Source of the DNA: Dictyostelium discoideum
Taxonomy: Eukaryota
Direction: 5' to 3'
Assembly: GCA_000004695.1 (NCBI GenBank)
Contig: CM000151.3
Location: forward strand, 6,784,001-6,848,000
DNA length: 64,000 nucleotides
How positions within the stretch are numbered: position 1 is the first letter of the stretch; each line of letters starts with the position of its first letter. This document shows, in pieces, positions 50,384-60,256 of this stretch. The notes under the pieces are model-generated. The model ran no database searches and had not been told where the DNA came from. It saw nothing but the letters and a program-made list of their open reading frames with translations. A program made the translations under genes and the position numbers.

Positions 50384-53300
50384 CTAACCAAATTTTTGAT
50401 TTAAAAGTTTTAATTTATAGTAAATTACATATGGTTCCAATTGGTGTTTATATTTATCAAATAAGTGATTTATAATATCTTGATAATCTGAATAATCTTT
50501 GTATATAATTGTACCAAACCATTCAACCATATTAGTTGATAATGGTTTGCCATATTCATCCAATTGTTTGGTTATTGAATTTACATGTTCACCATCATCA
50601 TTTGCATCCTCTTGTTCACCATTAACAACATTATGATTCTCTCTTTTTAAATGGATTTCATATTGTTGTAATAAATTATCTAATTTAATAAATGATTCTA
50701 AATCAAATGTTTTAATTATTAGCTTCAATAGTTGATAATCTAAAAATGGTTCTTTGACTTCATTTGTCTTTCTAAATTTTAATTCAATTTCGAAATAATG
50801 TAAAAATAAATTAATTCTTGGATTATTATTATATAACATTTTGGGAAATATTTCCATATTAAAATCATTTTTTGTAATTTCCATGACTGTTGAATCGATA
50901 AATTGGTTTAAATCGTTATTATTTCTCTTTGTAAATATGTTTTCGAATGTATATACTGATATATCTATATGATAATATAATAATGGTCTTTTAAAACCAG
51001 TTAAAGGATCTACACTAACGGTAATACATGATGCAATAATTGGTGATAGTGTTTTTAAATAATAGTATGAATTATGTTTTGAACTAGCTATTTTAATATA
51101 GTTTGATATTAATTGATAAGCTGTTTTGATTTGATCAATTGTTAAATTATTGACTCTAATTAACTTTAAAAATAAGTAATTCAATATCAATGATAAATTT
51201 GATAATGATAATTGACCATCTTTGAATTTATCGATTAAAAATTGAATCATTTCAATTAAATCTTTATATAAATATTTGCATGTATAGATTCTATCTTGAA
51301 AACGATCTTTAAATGCTTCTTCTAATTCTAAATCTTTACCATTTAAATTATCAAGAATAAACTGAACACCTTCAAAATTTAAAAGTTCTACAAATATATG
51401 AAATAAATAAGAAGTTACATTTGGAAAGTGATTGAAATTGACTTTAATTTTAGTGAGATTGATTATTTGGCATGTTTGTTGAGTTGGTATTTTGAATTCT
51501 TTGAATTTTTCATTTTCATGATAACTTTCTGAATGGTCCCAAACCTCTCCTTCGTCGGTGTATGAATTAGTATAAAACCTTTTAACCACAAAATTGAAAA
51601 GTTTTATTACAAAATCACCCCAATCATCATAATCTGAATAAAACTCATCAATAGAATCACAAATTAATCTTAGGTATTTAATTGAATTTCTTGAACCAAA
51701 TTGAATTATTTGAATCATATAATATTTAAATAAATCTTCACTGTTATTAAAGTTTGATTGGTTTAAACCGTTTATTAGTGATACAATATCATCATGAGTA
51801 CGTAAAATGTGAATATTACACAACTCTTTATTTGAATCTAAAATTGGAATTACTTGCTTAAATTTGATTCTTGCATATTCTAATAATTCTGATGTACTAA
51901 AATCAAGTTTCATTTGTTTTAATTTTGAATGTAAAGCATTTCTTATATTTAAAATACTACAACCACCACCTGTTTCTATATCTGATAACCAATCGATTGT
52001 TTCTTTATCTTTAATTGTAACAATCATATCATTATCAATTAGATTTGATGTAATTTCTTTCCATTTCGATGATGATTTACTACATAAAATGGAATTCAAC
52101 TGTTTATCACCTAAAGCTATATCCTCCTGCTCCTTTGTCGGTATTATATTATTTAATAGCTTTTCATCAATATTTTCTATAATGATTGATTTTTGTGATA
52201 TATAGATTTTGTTGAATTTATTAATATTGTTTTTATTAATTTGATTATCTTTGAATAAAATATTGAGAAATGATCTACTAATACTGGCTAAATCTGATTT
52301 TGTTAAAATAATTTTTATATGTTTTTTCAATAGAAACTTTAATATATTGGTGTTATAGGTTTTTGTCATGAAATAGAGTAATACTACCATCATTTCTTCG
52401 TCAGGTTCAATATTATCAATTGGTTCATTATATTCTTTTAAATAACATGCATATAAAACAATTGATTCAGTTTCATTGATTAATAGTTGAAATAGTTGTT
52501 TAATTGATTGATATAGCGTACAACGTCTATGTTTATTATTTTGAATTATTATATCAATTTGAGTTTGAATAGATGTCGGTATACTTTTTTTTGATTTACC
52601 TCCATAATAATAGTTGCAGTAATACAATTTAAAATATAATAAAACTGAATTAATTGATGTAGAGATATACTCTAATTCTCCTTTAACATCTTTTATGTGC
52701 TCATTAATACATTTATCAAATCCATAACAAAAACTTGAAACCATATCTTTATGACGAGCTGACTCTCTAATTTTTTCAAATCTTGGTAGTAATGGTTTGT
52801 GTGGTATTTTAACATTATGACCTAAATTTTCTGCTGGATAATAAAATGACGTTCGAATATTATTATAACCTAATGATAGTAATTTTTGAAATTTCAAATA
52901 CCAACGTACATTCACATTTATACCTGTTCTTGAAAATGTCTGAAGATCATATAGATCTCTAAATATTGATGTTGGTGATATTGGAATATTCAATATTATT
53001 TTAATCTTTTCTTTAATTTCTTCATGATTGTCAAGATCTTCAAAGCCATTACATGAAATACAGTCCATAATGAAATAATTTCTTTCGATTTTTGTTAAAG
53101 TGAATGGTTTATTATCATTGAGGTATTGTTCATAATAATCTAAAACTCTCATTAACAATTTTGGGTGATTAAGTCGAAAGATTGATTTTATCATTGATGG
53201 AATATAGGTTTGTAATTCTTCTGGATGATATTTTAAATGAATATCAAATAAATCTACTGATTTTATACCCCAAATCTTATCGAATAAAATTTTAACATCA

Positions 53301-53590
53301 CCTCTGTAACCTTTAAAAAGTAATAATGAATATATCTCTTTGAATACTTCTATATCTTTTATTTCATTGATTTTAGCATTTCCATATGAACTCTTAAAAT
53401 TTAAAATTTCATCTGCTTTTAATTTACATATCAAAAGTTGATATTGTTTATGTTTTAACATTGAATATATTGATGTAATAGTTTTAAATTTTTTACTTTT
53501 ATGACAACATTTATTTTTTAATATATAATTTAATAAATATTTATTTTTAAAAACTTTCCAAAATAATCTTTCATTATATTCATTATTCAT
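50384..53590 (-). CDS. intact copy D of the roughly 1,050-aa paralogous family
   Basis: 1068-aa uninterrupted ORF. It is about 92% identical to copy E outside two hypervariable patches. Confidence 0.8.
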   Translation of the reverse strand: MNNEYNERLFWKVFKNKYLLNYILKNKCCHKSKKFKTITSIYSMLKHKQYQLLICKLKADEILNFKSSYGNAKINEIKDIEVFKEIYSLLLFKGYRGDVKILFDKIWGIKSVDLFDIHLKYHPEELQTYIPSMIKSIFRLNHPKLLMRVLDYYEQYLNDNKPFTLTKIERNYFIMDCISCNGFEDLDNHEEIKEKIKIILNIPISPTSIFRDLYDLQTFSRTGINVNVRWYLKFQKLLSLGYNNIRTSFYYPAENLGHNVKIPHKPLLPRFEKIRESARHKDMVSSFCYGFDKCINEHIKDVKGELEYISTSINSVLLYFKLYYCNYYYGGKSKKSIPTSIQTQIDIIIQNNKHRRCTLYQSIKQLFQLLINETESIVLYACYLKEYNEPIDNIEPDEEMMVVLLYFMTKTYNTNILKFLLKKHIKIILTKSDLASISRSFLNILFKDNQINKNNINKFNKIYISQKSIIIENIDEKLLNNIIPTKEQEDIALGDKQLNSILCSKSSSKWKEITSNLIDNDMIVTIKDKETIDWLSDIETGGGCSILNIRNALHSKLKQMKLDFSTSELLEYARIKFKQVIPILDSNKELCNIHILRTHDDIVSLINGLNQSNFNNSEDLFKYYMIQIIQFGSRNSIKYLRLICDSIDEFYSDYDDWGDFVIKLFNFVVKRFYTNSYTDEGEVWDHSESYHENEKFKEFKIPTQQTCQIINLTKIKVNFNHFPNVTSYLFHIFVELLNFEGVQFILDNLNGKDLELEEAFKDRFQDRIYTCKYLYKDLIEMIQFLIDKFKDGQLSLSNLSLILNYLFLKLIRVNNLTIDQIKTAYQLISNYIKIASSKHNSYYYLKTLSPIIASCITVSVDPLTGFKRPLLYYHIDISVYTFENIFTKRNNNDLNQFIDSTVMEITKNDFNMEIFPKMLYNNNPRINLFLHYFEIELKFRKTNEVKEPFLDYQLLKLIIKTFDLESFIKLDNLLQQYEIHLKRENHNVVNGEQEDANDDGEHVNSITKQLDEYGKPLSTNMVEWFGTIIYKDYSDYQDIINHLFDKYKHQLEPYVIYYKLKLLNQKFG

Positions 53591-53849
53591 TATAATTAAT
53601 TATTAATTTATTATTTATTATTTCAACGTTTTATGAAATATCTTTTGAAAAAAAAAAAAAAAAAAAAAAAAAAAGAATTTTTTTTAAAAAATTAAAAATA
53701 TTTTTTGGAAATTTTTTTTTTGAAAAAAAAAAAGAAATTAAAAAAAAAATTTTTTTTATTAAATTTTTTTCTAAAAAAGAAATTTCTAAAAATAACTTAA
53801 TGTGAGAATTAATATATTTTTTTAAATTTGAAAATTCACCCTTTTTTTA

Positions 53850-53880
<31 letters not shown>

Positions 53881-53992
53881 TCCTTCCTTGTGAGTTTTTT
53901 TTATAACCAAAAAAATAATTTTTAAAAAAATTAAATTACCTTAAATTTGAAATCTTTTTTTATAAAATGTTTGTTTTAAGAATTTTTTTCCG

Positions 53993-54033
<41 letters not shown>

Positions 54034-54100
54034 CAATAGTTAGTTATTTATTTTTTTTTTTTTTTTTTTTTTTATTAATCAAATTTATTTTTTATTCTTT

Positions 54101-54117
<17 letters not shown>

Positions 54118-54131
<14 letters not shown>

Positions 54132-54206
54132 TTATTAATTTATTAATTTGAATCCATATTAATTTCAGCAGCCAAAAAAAACTAAATAAAAAAATAAATA
54201 AAAAAA

Positions 54207-54237
<31 letters not shown>

Positions 54238-54250
54238 AAAAATAAACAAA

Positions 54251-54289
<39 letters not shown>

Positions 54290-54300
54290 ATATATAAACC
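54118..54300. repeat. (TTTA)n / (AAAT)n tetranucleotide microsatellites in the D-E spacer
   Basis: There is atttatttattt... at 54118-54150 and aaataaataaat... at 54190-54300. A further (AAATAAAT)n lies at 54640-54720. Confidence 0.9.
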
Positions 54301-54616
54301 AAATTAACAAAAAAAAAAAAAAAAATAAAATAAAATAAAGGATAAAAAAAAAAAAAAAATTCAAATGTATAAACATTAAAAAGTGGTCATCATCACCATC
54401 ATATTTTTCTTCTTATTTTTCTTATCAAATTATTACAATCAATTAAGAAAGATAAAGAGAAAAATCTTGTTTTGATCAAATTTTAAGGTTGGTGAAAAGT
54501 AATTTTTTGCTGCACTGGTTGGTTGATGGCACAGTATGAGTAGTTATTAGTTGGTGCACCATCAACTACTCATGTTGAATCACCAGGCTCACCTACTCAA
54601 GCTGCACCATAATAAT

Positions 54617-54715
<99 letters not shown>

Positions 54716-55122
54716 AAAGAATAAATAAATAAATAAAAAACAAATAAAACTAGTTTTAATAAATCTAAAACTTTGTAAATGTGTTTTGAAAAAAAAAAAA
54801 AAAATTTTGGTTTAAAATTCAAAAAAAGAATTATCTTCTCTAAAAACGAAACCCTTTTCAAATGATAATTGTTGAACACCACTACTACAATCACTACCAT
54901 GAATCTATTAATTTTATTTTATTTTATTTTTTAAACAAATCAATTTTTAAATTATAAATTAAAAAAAAAAAAAAAAAGATTTTAAATAATTAAATTAGAT
55001 ATTTTATTATTATAATTTTTATTTATTTTTTTATTTTAATTTAATGTTTAATTATTTTTTTTTATACTTTATTATTTTTAGAAAGTTAATTTCAAATAAT
55101 ACAGATTTAATTTGTATAGGTT

Positions 55123-58100
55123 TTAACTAATAGTCTTAACCAGATTTTGATTTAAAAGTTTTAATTTATAGTAATATATATATGGTTCTAATTGGTGTTT
55201 ATATTTATTAAATAAGTGATTTATAATATCTTGATAATCTGAATAATCTTTGTATATAATTGTACCAAACCATTCAACCATATTAGTTGATAATGGTTTG
55301 CCATATTCATCCAATTGTTTGGTTATTGAATTTACATGTTCACCATCATCATTTGCATCCTCTTGTTCACCATTAACAACATTATGAATATCTCTTCTCA
55401 AATAGATTTCATATTTTTGTAATAAATTATCTAATTTAATAAATGATTCTAAATCAAATGTTTTAATTATTAGCTTCAATAGTTTATAATCTAAAAATGG
55501 TTTTTTGATTTCATTTGTTTTTCTTTTTTCTAATTCCATTTCGAAATAATGTAAAAATAAATTAATTCTTGGATTATTATTATTATTATATAACATTTTG
55601 GAAAATATTTCCATATTAAAACCATCTTTTACAATATCTATGATTGTTGAATCGATAAATTGGTTTAAATCGTTATTATTTCTATTTTTAAATATATTTT
55701 TGAATGTATACACTGATGCATCTATATTATAACCACAGAATGGTGTTCCTTTTTTAAAACCATTTGCAGGATCTTTAATAATTGTAATACATGATTCAAT
55801 AATTGGTGATAATGTTTTTAAATAATAGTATGATGTGTGTTTTGAACTATCTATTTTAATATAGTTTGATATTAATTGATGAGCTGTTTTGATTTGATCA
55901 ATTGTTAAATTATTGACTCTAATTAACTTTAAAAATAAGTAATTCAATATCAATGATAAATTTGATAATGATAATTGACCATCTTTGAATTTATCGATTA
56001 AAAATTGAATCATTTCAATTAAATCTTTATATAAATATTTGCATGTATAGATTCTATCATGAAAACCATCTTGAAATGGTTCTGTATTTAATTCTAAATG
56101 TTTACCATTTAAATTATCAAGAATAAATTGAACACCTTCAAAATTTAAAAGTTTGATAAATGTTTGAAATAAATTAGAGGTTTCATATTGAAAGAGATTA
56201 ACTTTAACTTTAATTTTAGTAAGATTGATTATTTGACATGTTTGTTGAGTTGGTATTTTGTATTTGTTGAATTCTTCATTTTGATAATAACCAAGTGAAT
56301 CCTCTGAAACATCTGCATTATAGGAGTATGAGTTTGTAAAAAACTTAATAACCTTATAATCGAAAATACTAACTACTAAACCACCCAAACCATCATAACC
56401 TGAATAAAATTCGTCAGTGGAATCACAAATTAATCTTAGATATTTAATTGAATTTCTTGAACCAAATTGAATTAGTTGAATCATATAATATTTAAATAAA
56501 TTTTCATTATCATTAAAGTTTGATTGGTTTAAACGATTGATTAATGATACAATATCATCATGAGTACGTAAAATGTGAATATTACACAACTCTTTATTTG
56601 AATCTAAAATTGGAATTACTTGCTTAAATTTGATTCTTGCATATTCTAATAATTCTGATGTACTAAAATCAAGTTTCATTTGTTTTAATTTTGAATGTAA
56701 AGCATTTCTTATATTTAAAATACTACAACCACCACCTGTTTCTATATCTGATAACCAATCGATTGTTTCTTTATCTTTAATTGTAACAATCTTATCATTA
56801 TCAATTAGATTTGATGTAATTTCTTTCCATTTCGATGATGATTTACTACATAAAATGGAATTCAACTGTTTATCACCTAAAGCTATATCCTCCTGCTCCT
56901 TTTTCGATTTTATATTATTTAATAGCCTTTCATCAATATTTTCTATAATGATTGATTTTTGTGATATGTAGATTTTGTTGAATTTATTAATATTGTTTTT
57001 ATTAATTTGATTATCTTTGAATAAAATATTGAGAAATGATCTACTAATACTGGCTAATTCTGATTTTTTTAAATTGATTTTTATATGTTTTTTCAATAGA
57101 AACTTTAATATATTGGTGTTATAGGTTTTTGTCATGAAATAGAGTAATACTATTATCATTTCTTCATCAGGTTCAATATTATCAATTGGTTCATTATATT
57201 CTTTTAAATAACATGCATATAAAACAATTGATTCAGTTTCATTGATTAATAGTTGAAATAATTGTTTAATTGATTGATATAGCGTACAACGTCTATGTTT
57301 ATTATTTTGAATTATTATATCAATTTGAGTTTGAATAGATGTTGGTATACTTTTTGATTTACCTCCATAATAATAGTTGCAATAATATAATTTAAAATAT
57401 AATAAAACTGAATTAATTGATGTAGAGATATACTCTAATTCTCCTTTAACATCTTCTATGTGCTCCTTAATACATTTATCAAATCCATAACAAAAACTTG
57501 AAACCATATCTTTATGACGAACTGACTCTCTAATTTTTTCAAATTTTGGTAGTAATGGTTTGTGTGGTATTTTAATATTGTGACCTAAATTTTCTGCTGG
57601 ATAATAAAATGACGTTCGAATATTATTAAAACCTAATGATAGTAATTTTTGAAATTTCAAATACCAACGTACATTCACATTTGTATCTGTTCTTGAAAAT
57701 ATCTCAAGATCACATAGATCTCTAAATATTGATGTTGTTGAAATTGGAATATTCAATATTATTTTAATCTTTTCTTTAATTTCTTCATGATTGTCAAGAT
57801 CTTCAAAGCCATTACATGAAATACAGTCCATAATGAAATAATTTCTTTCGATTTTTGTTAAAGTGAATGGTTTATTATCATTGAGGTATTGTTCATAATA
57901 ATCTAAAACTCTCATTAACAATTTTGGGTGATTAAGTCGAAAGATTGATTTTATCATTGATGGAATATAGGTTTGTAATTCTTCTGGATGATATTTTAAA
58001 TGAATATCAAATAAATCTACTGATTTTATGCCCCAGATAGTATCAAATAAATTTTTAACATCTCGATAACCTTTAAAAAGTAATAATGAATATATCTCTT

Positions 58101-58353
58101 TGAATACTTCTATATCTTTTATTTGATTCATGATTTTATCATTTTCATATGCACTCTTTAAGTACAAATTTTCATTTACTTTTAATTTATATATCAACAG
58201 TTGATATTGTTTATGTTTTAACATTGAACCTATTGATGTAATAGTTTTAAATTTTTTACTTTTATGACAACATTTATTTTTTAATATATTATTTAATAAA
58301 TATAAATTTTTAAAAACTTTCCAAAATAATCTTTCATTGTATTCATTATTCAT
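55123..58353 (-). CDS. intact copy E of the roughly 1,050-aa paralogous family
   Basis: 1076-aa uninterrupted ORF in direct tandem with D (1.5-kb spacer) and followed by truncated copy F. Confidence 0.8.
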   Translation of the reverse strand: MNNEYNERLFWKVFKNLYLLNNILKNKCCHKSKKFKTITSIGSMLKHKQYQLLIYKLKVNENLYLKSAYENDKIMNQIKDIEVFKEIYSLLLFKGYRDVKNLFDTIWGIKSVDLFDIHLKYHPEELQTYIPSMIKSIFRLNHPKLLMRVLDYYEQYLNDNKPFTLTKIERNYFIMDCISCNGFEDLDNHEEIKEKIKIILNIPISTTSIFRDLCDLEIFSRTDTNVNVRWYLKFQKLLSLGFNNIRTSFYYPAENLGHNIKIPHKPLLPKFEKIRESVRHKDMVSSFCYGFDKCIKEHIEDVKGELEYISTSINSVLLYFKLYYCNYYYGGKSKSIPTSIQTQIDIIIQNNKHRRCTLYQSIKQLFQLLINETESIVLYACYLKEYNEPIDNIEPDEEMIIVLLYFMTKTYNTNILKFLLKKHIKINLKKSELASISRSFLNILFKDNQINKNNINKFNKIYISQKSIIIENIDERLLNNIKSKKEQEDIALGDKQLNSILCSKSSSKWKEITSNLIDNDKIVTIKDKETIDWLSDIETGGGCSILNIRNALHSKLKQMKLDFSTSELLEYARIKFKQVIPILDSNKELCNIHILRTHDDIVSLINRLNQSNFNDNENLFKYYMIQLIQFGSRNSIKYLRLICDSTDEFYSGYDGLGGLVVSIFDYKVIKFFTNSYSYNADVSEDSLGYYQNEEFNKYKIPTQQTCQIINLTKIKVKVNLFQYETSNLFQTFIKLLNFEGVQFILDNLNGKHLELNTEPFQDGFHDRIYTCKYLYKDLIEMIQFLIDKFKDGQLSLSNLSLILNYLFLKLIRVNNLTIDQIKTAHQLISNYIKIDSSKHTSYYYLKTLSPIIESCITIIKDPANGFKKGTPFCGYNIDASVYTFKNIFKNRNNNDLNQFIDSTIIDIVKDGFNMEIFSKMLYNNNNNPRINLFLHYFEMELEKRKTNEIKKPFLDYKLLKLIIKTFDLESFIKLDNLLQKYEIYLRRDIHNVVNGEQEDANDDGEHVNSITKQLDEYGKPLSTNMVEWFGTIIYKDYSDYQDIINHLFNKYKHQLEPYIYYYKLKLLNQNLVKTIS

Positions 58354-58489
58354 TATAATTAATTTTTTTTACTTATTATTGTTTGTTGTTTGTGGGTTTT
58401 TTGAAAAAAAAAAAAAAAAAAAAAAAAAAAGATAAAAAAACGAAAAAAATGTTGCCTGTGCGATTTTAATTGTTCCTTTATTTAAACCA

Positions 58490-58572
58490 TTATAAAAAAG
58501 TTAATTTATTAAAAATAAATAAATAAATAAATAATATCTCAAATCTACTCTCCCTTAGGTGCTGAAAAATAG

Positions 58573-58610
<38 letters not shown>

Positions 58611-59354
58611 AAGAAAGAGAAATTATATGTAATCACTGTTGTGTATTCTTTAGTGCAATAAAATGATGTTTGAGTATCATTAAATTCAAAAGGTATTAAT
58701 TTTTGATATTGTAGATACCAAAGTACATCCACACTTGTATCTACACTTGGAACTATTTTTTCTGAATCTTCAAATATTGAGGTTGACGATATTGGAATAT
58801 TCGATATTATTTTCATCCTTTCTTTAATTTCTTCAATATCGCATCGATATCCTTTTAAAGTTAAATATTTCATAATGAAATAATTTCTTTCATTTTTACT
58901 ATGGTTTATTATGATTGGTGGACTCTTTAAAAAATTTTAAAACCTTTATTATTAATTTTGGATGATTATATAGGATGATTGAATCTATATATCCTGTATT
59001 AATATGGGTTTGTAATTTTTCTGGATGATATTTTAAATGAAAATCAAATAAATCTACCGATTTTGTACCCCAAATCCTATCGAATAAAATAGGATGATAA
59101 CTATCATCTTGATAACCTTTAAAAAGTAATAATGAATATATCTCTTTGAATACTTCTATATCTTTTATTTCATTAATGATTTTATTATTTCTATATGCAC
59201 CCTTAAAATTTATCAACAGTTGATATTGTTTATGTTTTAACATTGAATCTATTGGTGTGATGTTTTTAAATTTTTTACTTTTATGACAACATTTATTTTA
59301 TAATGTATAAATTTAATAAATATTTATTTTTAAAAACTTTCCAAAATAATGATT
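58490..59354 (-). pseudogene. truncated/degraded N-terminal remnant (copy F) of the paralogous family
   Basis: Fragments 58899-59243 (MLKHKQYQLLI...DIEVFKEIYSLLLFKGYQDD...HPKLIIKVLKFF...NKP) and 58490-58873 (...ISNIPISSTSIF...VDVLWYLQYQKLIPFEF...) are collinear with residues about 40-260 of copies D/E. The start codon region is decayed (ataatgaatataatgaatcat). There are frameshifts between the fragments. Nothing corresponds to the C-terminal 800 aa. Confidence 0.7.
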
Positions 59355-59514
59355 CATTATATTCATTATAATTATTTTTTTTGTTTCAAAATTATCAATT
59401 AAAATTAAATGAATAATCTTTGATATAAATTATAACTTTATTTTTATTAAAAAAAAAAATAAAAAATAATAAAAAAAATTTTAAAGTTAAATAGAATTAA
59501 TTTTATTTTTACTG

Positions 59515-59549
<35 letters not shown>

Positions 59550-59640
59550 GTTTTATTTGACTTGTGTGAGACGATAATTTATATGTGAAACTGAGTAAAA
59601 AATAATCAATTGGTAATTTTTAATAAATAGTTTTTATACA

Positions 59641-59697
59641 CAAAAGTTTTATTTTTATTTTTATTTTTATTTTTATTTTTATTTTTATTTTTATTTT

Positions 59698-59700
<3 letters not shown>
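59641..59700. repeat. (TTTTTA)n hexanucleotide microsatellite upstream of the ARM/HEAT gene
   Basis: ttttatttttatttttattttt... repeated about 10 times. Confidence 0.85.
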
Positions 59701-59729
<29 letters not shown>

Positions 59730-59824
59730 CAGTAAAAACGAGTCTTTTTTTTTTTTAATTTTTTTTTTTTTCGTTTTTTCACAAAACTTCCTTCTCCATC
59801 AATATCAAAAATAATAAAAGTAAA

Positions 59825-60218
59825 ATGGGTAAATTTACATCATCAAAAAAAACCTATAGAGTTGACCCATTAGGATTGAATTTACCAAATAATGGTTTTG
59901 ACAATGAAGAACTCGATACAGCAGATAATCTTAGTGGTATAGTTGCAGGTGGTGTTGTTGGAGCAACAACCGATGGTAATTTAATTATGAATGAAGATTT
60001 ATCACAATCAATTACAGATCCAATCAAATTATTAGATTTAATTTCAAGTTCAGAAACTGTTGAAAGAGATTTTGCATTTAGAACAATCTCTGAATTCGTT
60101 TTAGAGAATGAATCTTTTACTCAAGAATTAATTAAACCTGAAAATATTCGTAAAATTATTACTCGTTTAGTTGAACCAGATGTTCAAATTCGTGTTTCTG
60201 TAATTGGTACTTTTAGGT

Positions 60219-60256
<38 letters not shown>

